Part shown: positions 1-12,699 of the stretch, piece by piece
Layout: each line of letters begins with the position of its first letter
Numbering within the stretch: position 1 is the first letter of the stretch
DNA from: Chiloscyllium plagiosum
Taxonomy: Eukaryota
DNA: 64,000 nucleotides
Direction: 5' to 3'
Assembly (NCBI RefSeq): GCF_004010195.1
Contig: NC_057719.1
Coordinates: 38,763,733 to 38,827,732, forward strand
Made by a program: the position numbers and the translations under genes
The notes under the pieces: generated by a model
Told to the model about the DNA's origin: nothing
What the model saw: only the letters and a program-made list of their open reading frames with translations
Database searches by the model: none

Positions 1-1639
1 GGTGGCACCTCAAAGAATCCAGTGTTCCCTAAACTGCTGAACTGGACCATCAACATTGATAATGGTCTATAGTTTCTGGAATGAAACTTGAACCCACCAA
101 ATTCTCAGACATTAAATTCTTCACATTTTAAGCTAAATTTATTTTACATTCACATAGATATTTGGAAAGTTGAGTCATGGAGCTGCAGGTATTTGAGTAA
201 ACATTTACCATTGGCTTAATTTACAAGAATTGAATTGATCATCCAAAATGAAATTTGAGACTGAAGTTCTAAAACCCATTTGGTGAACTAAAAATACCAA
301 AAATGAATCGTTTGTTATGATTTGTATTAGAACACTTTGAAGAGACAAAAATAGTTTCTGAATGTTCTTTATTTTAGAGAAATATTAACATTAAACATTT
401 TTAGTTAATTAAGAGTCTATTAGGAAGATCCTTTGAGGTCTAGAGCAGCACTTGTCACTTAATTGAATATTTTAATTAAGAAAAATTCTCATGTTATAAT
501 TATTCCATTTGTTCTTTTATAAGATGTAGAAGCATCAGCTGACAGGTTTTAATTTTTGGTGTTTTATGGCCTACAATGGGTGCAGTTTGAAAGCTGCAAT
601 GACTATTTATTATTCAATGAATTCACATTTGAACAGAACCTTCCAGAAAACAAGCACATCAAAGCAGAGCACGTGTCATTCTTTAAATCTTTATTTATGA
701 AAGCTCTCTCTGTAAAAATGCAAATCTGAAGAATAATTGATTGTACAATAATCAGCACTTTTTTGAAAGAACCTGAATTCTAAATAATTTTCGAGCCTAT
801 GGGGGATTTTAACATGATTGTTATGATCACTGGATAAGTCAGATCCCAGATTTGACAGATCTTGTTTTGTTTTGTTTTGGTTTAATGATGCAATCTTTCA
901 TGGAAACACAGGTATGTATTGCAGCAGATTTGGCAGTATCAAAAACTGGAAGTAAGTTATGCAAAAGAAAGAGAGACAAAAAATGATAAATATTACACAA
1001 TATGAAAGATTTTGAAGCACCCAGTAAAAATACAATTCCATTCATCTTATCATCAATTTACAGTACTCAATCATCAGAGAGAGTTAATTTCTGTGTCATA
1101 GCTATAGACTTAACTGTTCCTTTCAATTTTGGTTTCGAGAGTCTAATGGGAGTTATGAAGATGATTGTGTGACATATCCCGCATTACTTCTGTGCGATTT
1201 CCAATTTTTAAGCACACATCTGGTTTGTGACTAAGCTTTCTGGCCAAAGTTGGTGATATCTTATTTTGCTAAACAGGGTCTGATGACATAATATCAGCAA
1301 TTTTAATTTCCACCTGGGTGGGTAAGGCACAGTTATAGGGCGAAGTGTAGGCCAGCATGAAGCTGAAGAAGCTCTGGGTAGAATCTTCCCAGTGCTGAAC
1401 AATGTGAGCAATGGCAAAGAGTTGGGAAATCACATGACAGCAGCAGTAAGGAGGATCTCAATATCGAGAGCAGTCTCATTTTCCAACCAAGTATTAAAGT
1501 GTGGGATTCACCGTAGCGGTCAGCAAAAGGCCTATTTTCATGCTTTCTCATCCTCATTATTACACCATCTCACTTTATTGCTATGTAGTTTCTCAATCTT
1601 GCACACATTGGATATGAAGTAGAAGTCAGAGTGGTAACG

Positions 1640-1825
1640 TAGTGATTCCAGCTCACAGTTTGCTCTTCTGGTCCTCTATATTGGACACCACTCACCAACA
1701 TTTCAGGATACAGTCCATGGGCAGTGGCTGCATATACCACCACCTCCCCTCTCCAATTCTCCATTCTGCTAGGGCCTCCAGATCCCTATTGGCAAAGCGG
1801 GGGTGACAAAGTTTCCCCTGTCCAA
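1640..1825 (-). mobile_element. Degenerate Myb/SANT-like ORF relic of a Harbinger-type transposon
   Basis: Minus strand reads GQGKLCHPRFANRDLEALAE, like the 'PRF.D.DLE.L' start of Harbinger/NAIF1-type Myb domains. A TIR-like GGGTAGAATCTT lies at about 1376. Confidence 0.4.
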
Positions 1826-2029
1826 ACATTGTCTGGGACAATTGACTGTGCAGGGCTGCTGTGGGCTGTCAGCACTTGAGAGGGTGCTCAGCTGAGCTTT
1901 TAAGACAATGTCAGGCCAGGAGATCCTGAGAGTGGCTGGTACTTCTGCCTGTGGTAGTGGAAGAACAGAATGAGCAGCATGCCATGGGGAATGGTGATGG
2001 GTGATGGGATGAGTTTGGGAAGATAACAT

Positions 2030-2450
2030 GTACTTCAGTTATGAGCATGGATTAAGAGGTTGGGACTGTTCATGATGAAAGAAAAAGGTTGAGGATTTGA
2101 TTGAGGTTTCTATAATCATGAGCTGGCTGGATAGAGTAAATAGGGAGAAGCTATGCTGCTGTTAAAAGAGAAAAAAGAATAAGAAGGTATAGACTTCATG
2201 TGATGTGCTAAAGATGCAAGGGTAATAAGAGAAAAAAGTCTTTTACATACAGCAAGTCATTAGGGTAAGAACTGCACTGCCTGAAAATGTGGTGGAGGCA
2301 TTCAATAGAGCAATGGATGATGACTTAGACTGAAGTGATGCGCAGAGCTATGGGGAAAAGAACAGAGATTGGCACTAGGGAATAGAACTACACAGGCACA
2401 GTGGGCTGAATGGCCTTCTTCTATACTGTAACAATTCTGTGATTCTGTGA
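2030..2450 (+). mobile_element. Old CR1-type LINE 3' fragment
   Basis: Degenerate match to the CR1 ORF2 C-terminus and 3'UTR seen in other copies; ends in a gattctgtgattctgtga tail. Confidence 0.75.
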
Positions 2451-3116
2451 AACTCACTGGGCTCATGGAGAGAAGCCCTTCACAAACCTCACCCCAATTT
2501 TAGCTAATTTCTAGCAAGATTCAGTTGCCTGTATCACTACAAGGAGAGATTAAGTGACCCCCTGCGACCGAACTGGTCCTCACCCTGAACAACTTTTCTT
2601 TCCAATCCTCCCACTTTCTCCAAACAAAAGGAGTAGCCATGGGCACCCGCATGGGCCCCAGCTATCCCTGCCTCTTCGTAGGGTATGTGGAACAATCCAT
2701 CTTCCGCAACTACACTGGCCCCACCCCCCATCTTTTCCTTCGCTACATTGATGACTGTATCGGCGCTACCTCGTGCTCCCACGAGGAGGTTGAACAGTTC
2801 ATCCACTACACCAACACCTTCCACCACGACCTCAAATTCACCTGGACAGTCTCGGACTCCTCCCTCCCCTTCCTAGACCTTTCTGTTTCTATCTCAGGCG
2901 ACCGAATCAACACGGACATCTACTACAAACCTACCGACTCCCACAGCTACCTGGACTACACCTCCTCCCATCCTGCCCCCTGTAAAAACGCCATCCCATT
3001 CTCCCAATTCCTACGTCTCCGCCGCATCTGCTCCCAGGAGGACCAGTTCAAAATACGCACAACACAGACGGCCTCCTTCTTCAAGGACCGCAATTTCCCC
3101 CCCGACGTGGTCAACG

Positions 3117-3515
3117 NNNNNNNNNNNNNNNNNNNNNNNNNNNNNNNNNNNNNNNNNNNNNNNNNNNNNNNNNNNNNNNNNNNNNNNNNNNNNNNNNNNN
3201 NNNNNNNNNNNNNNNNNNNNNNNNNNNNNNNNNNNNNNNNNNNNNNNNNNNNNNNNNNNNNNNNNNNNNNNNNNNNNNNNNNNNNNNNNNNNNNNNNNNN
3301 NNNNNNNNNNNNNNNNNNNNNNNNNNNNNNNNNNNNNNNNNNNNNNNNNNNNNNNNNNNNNNNNNNNNNNNNNNNNNNNNNNNNNNNNNNNNNNNNNNNN
3401 NNNNNNNNNNNNNNNNNNNNNNNNNNNNNNNNNNNNNNNNNNNNNNNNNNNNNNNNNNNNNNNNNNNNNNNNNNNNNNNNNNNNNNNNNNNNNNNNNNNN
3501 NNNNNNNNNNNNNNN
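3117..3515. other. Assembly gap (N run)
   Basis: Run of N inside the PLE. Confidence 1.
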
Positions 3516-3761
3516 TGTTCCCTGGATGCTGCCTGACCTGCTGTGCTGTTCCAGCAATAAAGTTTCAACTTTGATCTCCAGCATCTGCAGACCTCACTTT
3601 CTTGCAGTCTTCTGCAGTCTTCTTCTTGACCTCTCCGCCTCCATCCTACTCCGACCTATCACCCTCACCTTGACCTCTTTCCACCTATCACATTTCCAAC
3701 GCCCCTCCTCCAAGTCCCTCCTCCCTACCTTTTATCTTCTCCTGCTGAACACTCTCTGCTC

Positions 3762-3797
3762 ATTCCTGAAGAAGGGCCTGTGCCCGAAACGTCGAAT
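3762..3797 (+). ncRNA. Minimal hammerhead ribozyme motif in a PLE pseudo-LTR (core intact)
   Basis: ATTC-CTGAAGA(3766-3772)-A-GGGC ctgt GCCC-GAAA-C-GTC-GAAT. Stem I is ATTC/GAAT, stem II is 4 bp, palindromic ACGT replaces stem III, and predicted cleavage is after C3793. Confidence 0.8.
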
Positions 3798-3971
3798 CTC
3801 CTGTTCCCTGGATGCTGCCTGACCTGCTGTGTTGTTCCAGCAATAAAGTTTCAACTTGGATCTCCAGCATCTGCAGACCTCACTTTCTCCTGGATCTTCC
3901 TCCTGTTCTCCTGTGAAATGCTGTGGAAACTCTTTCCTAATACTTTATAAAAATTTTCTCTTGGCATGTGA

Positions 3972-4240
3972 GTACTGCTCTGCCCTAATCAATCCTCTTC
4001 ATTACTTCATCAAAAAACTCAATCAACTATGTGAGAGATGATTTCCCACACACAAAGCCATGTTGACTATTCCTAATCAGTCCTTGCCTTTCCAAATACA
4101 TGTAAATCCTGTCCTTCAGGATTTTCTCCAACAACTTGCCCACCACTGATGTCAGGCTCACCAGTCTGTAGTTCCCTGGCTTTTCCTTTCTACCTTTCTT
4201 AAATAGTGGCACCAAGTTAACCAACCTCCAGTCTTCCAGC
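3972..4240 (-). mobile_element. CR1/HER1-type LINE RT fragment (inverted 5' part)
   Basis: PLFKKGRKEKPGNYRLVSLTSVVGKLLEKI...SQHGF motif. Confidence 0.9.
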
Positions 4241-4993
4241 AGAAAGGCAAATCAGAGCAGGACTTATACACCTAACGGTAAGGTCCTGGGGAGTGTGGCT
4301 GAACAAAGAGACCTTGGAGAGCCGGTTCATAGTTCCTTGAAAGAGGATAGGATAGTAAAAAGGCATTTGGTATGCTTTCTTTTATTGGTCAGAGCATTGA
4401 GTATAGGAGGTCATGTTGCAGCTGTATAGGACATTGGTTAGGCACTGTTGGAATATTGCACGCAATTCTGGTATCCTTCCTATTGGAAGAATGTTGTTAA
4501 ACTTGAAAGGGTTCAGAAAACATTTACAAGGATGTTGCCAGGGTTGGAGGATTTGAACTATAGAGAGAGGTTGAATAGGCTGGGGCTGTTTTCTCTGGAG
4601 CATCAGAGGCTGAAGGATGACATCATAGAGGTTTATAAAATCATGAGGGGCATGGAGAGGATAAATAGGCAAAGTCTTTTCCCTAAAGTGGGGGATTGCA
4701 GAACTAGAGGACATTGGTTTAGGGTGAAAGGGGAAAGATTTAAACGGGACCTAAGGGGCAACTTTTTCATGCAGTGTTAGTGCGTATATGGAATGAGCTG
4801 CCAGATGAAGTGGTGGAGGCTGGTACAATTGCAATATTTAAAAGGCATCTGGATGGGTATATGAATAGGAAGGGTTTAGAGGGATATTGGCTAAGTTCTG
4901 GCAAATAGGACCAGATTAGATTAGGATATCTGGTAGGCATGGACGAGTTGGACTGAAGGAAGTTGTTTCTGTGCTATACATCTCTATGACTCT
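4241..4993 (+). mobile_element. CR1/HER1-type LINE 3' fragment
   Basis: EYCTQFW...LERVQKTFTRMLPGL...TRGH; ctctatgactct tail. Confidence 0.92.
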
Positions 4994-6109
4994 GTGCTGC
5001 TAGTGTGGCACCCATTGCTCATCTCTTAATTTCCCTTAAATTAGTGCTGGAAGACCCAAATTCCTGGCCAGCACAGCCATTTCCTTTCCACTGCCCTTCA
5101 TTCTGACAGCAGGTTAAACTCTTAACAGTCTCGCCTGCCATGAGTTGGTGGTGGGTCTCTGGTCATAGGGATAGGTAAGGGGAACTAACTAAAATACCAG
5201 TTCCCTATCGGATATGTGCTGACAATTCTATCTCCTTGAAATAAACTCCCTGAGCAGTCTGTAGTTTGTCAAAGTACTGGGAAAAGGAATTTTCTAAATA
5301 TTTCCAATGGCTTTTTCGAAACAAACATTCCATTCTACCTAATTCTCATCTCACTTATTGGTGTTGTCTTGTTCTCAGATTAATATTTCATAGAACTATT
5401 CTCCATATATAAACCTAGGTATGAACCCTGGCAGGTTATACAACCACTACAGGCAAGACCACGAAACCAATTCCAGCTCTCCCTCAATCTTTTCAGCAGT
5501 TAATAGATAGCAGTCAACAGTGAGGACTATAGCTGTCTTTTTTTCTTTCCTTAAATGGTCCAAAGTCTGATTGCATTCCTCTATTACCACCTCTGCTAAG
5601 ATCTCAGGAATGTATTTCTGACTGGTTCAAAGCATCATAAATTCAGAAGAGTGCATAATTTATCTGGAAATGAGACAAAGACCAGTGGACATGCAAATAC
5701 ACAAGATCAGTCACACAATTACTCAGAGAGATTAGGCAACACTGGTTTCAGAAATGCTAAAAGCACTTCCACAAAGTTCTTTAATATAATGTTGATAAAA
5801 TAAATTTTACCAACACCACAATCTATCTTGCTTTCATTTTGAGTATAATTATTAAAGTGTTTTAGTTTTAGGGAATTATCAATGAATTACAGTTCAAGTA
5901 TTATTAGAAAAATATATGTGAATCAAACAAATGTGAGTTATTCCTATCAAGAAACAAAGTACTTCAGAAGAATATTGTCAACATGTAAAGCATAAAAACA
6001 GTAGTGCCAGCACTAACTACTTTCTACTAAACAACATTCCTCAGTTTTTTTTAAAGTATGAAATGATGAAGAAACCACAGGGTAGATTTTATCTTTGGGC
6101 ACATGGTGA

Positions 6110-6329
6110 AGAGTTGAGAGTGTGGTGCTGAAAAAGCACAGCAGGTCAGGCAGCATCCGAGGAGTAAGAGGATCAACGTTTCGGGCAAGAGCCCTTCATC
6201 AGGAATGAGGCTTGGATCTTGCCCGAAATGTCAATTCTCATGCTACTCGGATACTGCCTGGCCTGCTGTGCTTTTCCAGCACCACACTCTCGACTCTGAT
6301 CTCCAGCATCTGCAGTCCTCACTTTCTTC
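6110..6329 (-). mobile_element. Hairpin mini-element A derived from a PLE pseudo-LTR, hammerhead core on - strand
   Basis: Inverted arms plus a 3' tail; TSD cacatggtga at 6100-6109 and 6330-6339. Minus strand reads CTGATGA-A-GGGC tctt GCCC-GAAA-CGTT (6175-6202). Confidence 0.85.
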
Positions 6330-6494
6330 CACATGGTGAGGAGGCCAATCATGCTATCTGTACACTGTCATCAGTGAGAAGCCCATAGGGTTTGATTCAA
6401 ATATCATTTGTGGGACACAGGTCACATGTGTGTGATTCAGTTGCGCAGCCTAACAAGTTGAGATTTCCTGAAGTCCTGCCACCCATTTAAATAG

Positions 6495-6710
6495 GACAAA
6501 GTGAGGACTGCAGATGTTGGAGATCAGAGTCGAGAGTGTGGTGCTGGAAAAGCACAACAGGTCAGGCAGTACCCGAGGAGCAGCAGAATCGACGTTTCGG
6601 GCAAGAGCCAAGCCTCATTCCTGATGAAGGGCTCTTGCCCGAAACGTTGATCCTCCTGCTCCTCGGAAGCTGCCTGACCTGCTGTGCTTTTCCAGCACCA
6701 CACTCTCGAC
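6495..6710 (+). mobile_element. Hairpin mini-element B (same family as A, opposite orientation), hammerhead core on + strand
   Basis: TSD acccatttaaatag at 6481-6494 and 6709-6722. CTGATGA(6621-6627)-A-GGGC tctt GCCC-GAAA-C-GTT. Confidence 0.85.
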
Positions 6711-7639
6711 CCATTTAAATAGTGCATGCACTTTTTAGTATGAGTAGTCTTATCCCTGTATAAATTTGCAGAGATTTTATCAGAGATTCGGACTGCCCCA
6801 TGTCTTAGGTAAGAACTCTGAGATTGACTAATTCAGTGTTAGAGACAACACATGGTGAGTTTCTTCCTCTCAAACAAGAGCAGGCTTAGGTGAGTGGGCT
6901 GAACATGTCAGTGGACAATCACTCACAGTACATGGGTCTGGCATCAGGGCTTCAATATTCTTAGCTGAATAACAGGAGTCAGAATTATGTTTCCCCACCA
7001 TGACTATACTCGACACTTTTCTTTCCTGCTCCCTATGCTTCTTCTCCAGAAATGAGAGGCAGCTGCACCATGCCCTCTTCTCAATTTAATTAGAACCTTA
7101 TTGCTGTTGCTTTCACAACAGGTACAAACAGCATCCACCTTTTATCTGGTAGCAACTGGAAAGCTCTCCCTGCTCTGCTAATTGCTTTCATATTTCACAC
7201 TAGAGCTTTTTTTTTGCGTAGGCATCTTACCCTGTAGCTGATCATGGAGTTATCTCTAGTTACCTCTACTTAGTTATCTCTACGGATGCTGCAGCAAATC
7301 CCCTAATCACTACGGTCTATATCATCAGCTTTTCAGCTTTGATGAAATCTCAAAGTGGTGCCATTCAGGTTGTAGCACACAATCATCACTTAGCTGTGAG
7401 AGGTGTGGAGACTGTTCTGAACAGGGCTTCACTTGTATCAGGAACGTCCCACAGTATATTCCACCACAGGTTTAATAGAAGATGTGTGACACAGCTCTTG
7501 GGAGCAGCAGTGGTGCAATAAGTCACAAATAAGTAGAATGGATGGCTTTGAGGTATGTCGAGAAGAGGTGTTGGAAATCCTGGAAGCACAAACATGTTGG
7601 ATTTTGTGCCACTTTGTTTTCTTCATTGTCTGCAACAGC

Positions 7640-8030
7640 GTTTATTGCCTATTCAAAGTTGTCCTGGAGAAGATGGTGGTGAGCTTCCTTGAACCATTGT
7701 GATTCATTAGGGAAAGTAGACCCACAATATGATGTGGAGGGAGCTCCAGGATTTTTAACCAGTGACACTAAAGGAACAACATTATATTTCCAAGCCAGGA
7801 TGGTGAATGTCTTGAAGGGAAACTTGCAGATGATGGTACTCGCATGCACTGGTCCTTCTAGACAGGAACGGCTGCGGATTTAGAAGATGGCGACTAAGGA
7901 GTCTTGGTGAATTTTTGCAATGTATTTATAGATGGTACACACTGCTGCTACTTAGCTTTTGTAGTGGAGGGGGTGAATGCTGGTGGATGTGGTGCCAATC
8001 AACCAGCCTGTTTTATCCTGGAAAGGAGGG
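7640..8030 (-). mobile_element. Old LINE 3' end (CR1/L2-group family)
   Basis: Shares gagaagatggtggtgag...tttgacccag...gaggggaacttg with copies at about 29760-29950 and 36865-37130, and in + orientation at 12190-12400. Confidence 0.6.
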
Positions 8031-8294
8031 TTCTTGTGACATAGTGATCAGAAACATAGAAATATCAAATTTTACAGTACAGAAAGAAGCTATTTGACCC
8101 ATTATGACTCTACTGGCTCCCAAAAGAACTGCGAATGGCTGTGAATGAATTTGTTCGGCTTCAATGGGAAATTATGCTTGATTAGCATTGATTACTTTTC
8201 TGGACAGCTTTAATTTAAATAATTGTGTATTATATTATTAAAAATGTCAGTAAATATCAAGAGTTTCTTTTTCAGCTCATAGAATTTCATTTTA

Positions 8295-8892
8295 TTGGCT
8301 TTTATTGGTAGAGGAATTGAGTTCCGGAGCGCTGCGGTCATGTTGCAGTTGTATAAGACTCTGGTGCGGCCGCATCTGGAATATTGTGTGCAGTTTTGGT
8401 CGCTATACTATAGGAAGGATGTGGAGGCACTGGAACGGGTGCAGAGGAGGTTTACCAGGATGTTGCCTGGTATGGTAGGAAGATCGTATGAGGAAAGATT
8501 GAGACACTTGGGGCTGTTTTCTTTCGAGAAAAGAAGGTTTAGGGGTGACTTGATTGAGGTGTACAAGATGATTAGGGGGTTAGATAGGGTTGACAGTGTG
8601 AACCTTTTCCCGCGTATGGAGTTGGGTATTACAAGGGGGCATAGCTTTATATTAAGGGGGGTTGATATAGGACTGAAGTTAGGGGTAGTTTCTTCACTCA
8701 GCGAGTCGTAAGTTCATGGAATGCCTTGCCAGTAGCAGTGGTGGACTCTCCCTCTTTATGGGCATTTAAGCGGGCATTGGATAGGCATATGGAGGATAGT
8801 GGTCTCGTGTAGGTTAGGTGGGCTTGGATCGGCGCAACATCGAGGGCCAAAGGGCCTGTACTGCGCTGTATTCTTCTATGTTCTATGTTCTA
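8295..8892 (+). mobile_element. CR1-type LINE 3' fragment, distinct subfamily
   Basis: LYKTLVRPHLEYCVQFWS...LERVQRRFTRMLPG; (ttctatg)n tail. Confidence 0.92.
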
Positions 8893-9329
8893 ATAAGAGA
8901 AGCACATATTACACTGTCACAACATAACAACTTGCCCACTCGCTTATCAGCTTATTAACCAATGCCTGATCTCATGCCAGGAAGTCAGTTGGTCCAGACA
9001 AGTCACAACAGAAATCATGGGTGCCAGTGCTGCTTCGATGTGGGTCCCCAGCTGGAGTCATGTGATCTATGCTATGAGGCACTCACTGCAGGCAACCACC
9101 TTACAGACAGTTCTAATAACGCCACATGAACTTAATGTCATTGGCAGAAGCTGAGATTGAAAGTTAATGAGCTGTAATAGAAGCACAGCCACTTCAAGAG
9201 GAATGTAGAAATGTTAGGAGCTGCTAAAAGCTGCAAACATTTGCTAAAAGCCATTTAAAACAAGAAGCAAAATAAATAACAGGTTTCAGTTGAACAGCAG
9301 AAGTCACACAAAGGCAGTAAACTTTCCTC

Positions 9330-10540
9330 TCTCGGCTCTTGTCAAAATGAAAGCCATTATAAAATAGAACTGGCAGTTTTTTGATTGCAGTGGCAAAACT
9401 ATGAAATTGTAACAGGTTTAATTAATAAGGCAGAGCAGCTAAAAGTAGCTACATTTTTATTACATTTGGAGTTAGAGTTAGACTGTTTCAAAAAGTATTC
9501 CACCATGAATCTCTCCAAAGTACAGAAAGAAACAGAAATTTCAAAAGCTTGAAGGCATGTTTTGAACCTTAGGTAAATGTAACTTATGAGTGGTGTGTTT
9601 TTAATAATAGAATTCAGGATTAAAAAAGTCCATTAATAAATATGTGACTACATTAAGACAGTTAGCAGAGTCCTACGAATATCCTTATCTGAAAAAAAAT
9701 GATCGAATCAAAGATGAAATTATTTGAGGCCTAAGAGATCCTACAGTGAGACTGTACATCAACAGCTACAGTGCATACATAGGAGAACAGAGAAATTTTT
9801 CTGCAATTTGTTGAAGCAGCCCAGACCTGTGCACTAATCTGATAAGCAGTTCAGACCTGTCCACTGTGTTGAAAAGCAGCCCAAAATTTGCAGCGATGTG
9901 GAGAAAAGCAACAACTGTTCACAGAAGGACTAACAAAATGATCGAGGCTGGAGGACAAATGGCTGCTGTGGTCATCACACAAAATGGAAGAAGGCATGTC
10001 CAGTGTGGGAAAAACATTGTTTTAACTGCAAGAAATAAAACAACTTTCTCCACAAATTATTAGACAGGAAGACAAGCAATCCTATAAAATATATGGAGAT
10101 GATTGACACTGAAAAAATTGACAACTCAAGTTGAGAGGTATGAGGTGAAGTTTAGAACAATTCATTTTAAACCCTATAGCATGTTGGCATCATCAAATGA
10201 TAAAATCGTTTGTAACAATTGAAATGAAAATAGCAGAATGATAGTGTCAAACAAATATAAAGTTCTAATTGACACTGGTACTTTCTGCAATGTTGTGAGG
10301 TTCACAGATCTATGTAAAGTTACACCAGATGGCAATCCAAAAAGTGAAAGCTTTGAAGGGAGAATTGAAGCTCTGTGATGGAATGATTTTCACCCCAAGA
10401 GGCCACATTAGTCTGAAAGACCAATGAAATGACAAGACTGAAGAACTGAAATTCCAGAAATTAGACATGAAACTAAAGCCACTCAGCTCTGCAGAAGCAC
10501 GTCAAAAGCTCTGGGTATTAACCTGAAATGGTCCGGAAGA
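9330..10540 (+). mobile_element. Gypsy-type LTR retrotransposon gag-protease relic
   Basis: Broken frames give WQNYEIVTGLINKAEQLKVATFL, FEP*VNVTYEWCVFNNRIQ, IKDEII*GLRD, the zinc-knuckle-like CPVWEKHCFNCKK*NNF, and the aspartic protease motif VLIDTGTFCNV at about 10263. Confidence 0.8.
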
Positions 10541-10929
10541 AATTTATAGTGTTGCACAAGTCACTTTGATTGCCAAATAGACAAACAAACAGTGTGAGAT
10601 AGAGGAAGGGTCAGACTGCAGGCCCACAATTTTATTGATGCCAAAGTTAATAACAGAATGATTGCCTTGCCGACACAGGTTGAGGTGTCTAAGGCAATGG
10701 AGTAGCTCAACAGGCTCAGCTGAGAAGATTTTGAAACTGAATTAGACAGCACATCATTCCAACCAGCAGGTATTGCAGGAAAAGCAGACAACTTGCATGT
10801 GTGTCAATGTATGGAAAGATATTGATCAAAGAAGGACTGATTAGAATGACAAACAATTTTTGCCATGCAAGACCTGGGTGTATATGTGCAGATGTCATGA
10901 AAGAGTGATAGTGTAGGTCAAATGAGCAG

Positions 10930-11606
10930 TTAATAAAGCATACAGTTGACTAGGATTTATTAATCTAGGCATAGAGTATAGGAGCAGGAAAATTATACTA
11001 AACATGTACAGGGCACTAGTTAGACCTCAGCTGGAGTATTGTGTACAGTGTTGGGCCCCACACTTTCAGAAAGATTGTGGATTGTGGAGAAGGATTGTGC
11101 TTTGTGGATTGTGGAGAAGAGGTGTATAAGAATGTTTCCAGGGATGAGAAACTTCAGTTGTGATTGCTTGATTTGAGAAGTTAGGACTATTTTTCTTAGT
11201 GAGGAGAAAGCTAAGAGGAATTTAATAGAAGTTTCAAAGCCATAAGGGAGCTGGACAGAACACATGTGAAAAAACTGTTCCCTTCTGTAAAAGAGTCAAG
11301 AAGAGGGCTCAGATGTAAAGTAATTTGCAAAAGAAGCCAGAGAGATGTGAGAAAAAAAACTGTCTAACACAGTGGTTACAGTTGAATAGTTACAGCCTAC
11401 AATGCACTGCCAGGAAGTGTGGTGGAAGCAGGTTCACTTGAGGCTGTAGAGGGCATTAGATGTTTATTTAAATAAAAACAATATTCAGGGTTATGGAAAA
11501 AAAAGAGAATGGAATTAAGTCATAAAACTCATTCAGGAAGCTGGTACTGGTATGATGGGCCAAACATCCTCCTTCTGCACAATAGCAGTTCTGTAGTTCT
11601 CGATTC
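10930..11606 (+). mobile_element. Old CR1 3' fragment
   Basis: [17 protein letters not shown] segment and a CR1 3'UTR. Confidence 0.8.
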
Positions 11607-12189
11607 ATGAGAGCAGTACTTTGCATTTTCTATAACCTGGGTAACTCAGAGTAAATGATAATGCATGCAAATATGAGTTTTGCTTTTGTTGGATGAAAAG
11701 GTGAATGTTTGGATGGGAATTGTATTAAAATACTTCCTGGCTACTACAAATGCTGTAGTCATGAGGTACTCACTTAGGGAGGAATCTTACAGGCTGTTCA
11801 AATAAAGACATACTACAATATAAATTGTACTCAATGAACATGTAACAGAAGTTTATGTTGCCCATATTCAAATCATGTGTGATACTGTTGCATAAATACT
11901 AGAATAGTCCAAAAACAAATCTTACAAAAGCACCAGGGTGAACATATAGATGAGAATCTTATTTAATTGCAAATGATTAAATCATTACATAGTTGGAAAT
12001 TGTGATCTTATCTTCAAAGTAGTAATAGTAAAGCTACTGAGCCTGCTGTAAGTATCAAGTATATTAACGTGTATAATATTGATCATGTTGGATTTTTTTT
12101 CACATTGCAGGTGCAAGATAGCACTCGGTGTTGTTAACATCTGTGTTGGTGGTTAAGAGGGGAAAGGAGGAAATGGCTAAAGCAAGAGT

Positions 12190-12400
12190 TGATCTGCCAT
12201 ACACCATCCTGTCTTGGAACTATATCACCAATCTTTTAGTGTTGCTGAGTCAAAATCCTGGAACTCCCTTCTGAAAAGCGTTATGGGTGTTTTTGCACTA
12301 CATGAACTGCAGTAGTTAAGAATCTACTACCTTCTCAAGGGAAGTTAAGGATGGCAATAAGTGCTGTCCTAATCTGTGACAGCTTAGTCACATGAAAAAA
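12190..12400 (+). mobile_element. Old LINE 3' end (same family as 7640-8030)
   Basis: caaaatcctggaactccct...ccttctcaaggg...ggcaataagtgctg tail. Confidence 0.55.
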
Positions 12401-12699
12401 AATGCCCACGTGGACAGGCTACCATGAGTACTCTGCCTGTGCCTTGTGGATTCCTAACTGCACAGGCACCTTGTGCCAAAGGGAGGGCCACCTTGGTGGC
12501 AAGTACCACTTCTGTGGAAGAAGACCTTTCAAACTGTTTCATCTCCCCACCTTGGTCAAGACTTGCTTGACTGATCATGGTGAGGTGTTTGTTCTTTAAC
12601 TTTGTTCTGAACTGCCAGCACTGATTGCATTCATGATGGGCCTCCTACTTTCTGGCTTTGTGAACTCGAGACCAGCTAAATGTCTGCTACTGGGTCCTT

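Larger units (their letters stand above)
2566..3890 (+). mobile_element. Penelope-like retroelement (Neptune-like): RT ORF, assembly gap, tandem 3' pseudo-LTRs
   Basis: Open frame AMGTRMGPSYPCLF...RYIDD...LPFLDL...YYKPTDSHSYLDYTSSHP...KNAIPFSQFLRLRRICS has typical PLE RT and thumb motifs. The terminal unit occurs twice in tandem (3516-3601 and about 3804-3890). Confidence 0.9.

Noticed and set aside
6110..6710. Hairpins as miRNA precursors or classical MITEs
   Set aside because: The arms are PLE pseudo-LTR sequence, the ends are asymmetric, and TSD length varies (9-16 bp), unlike cut-and-paste transposons.
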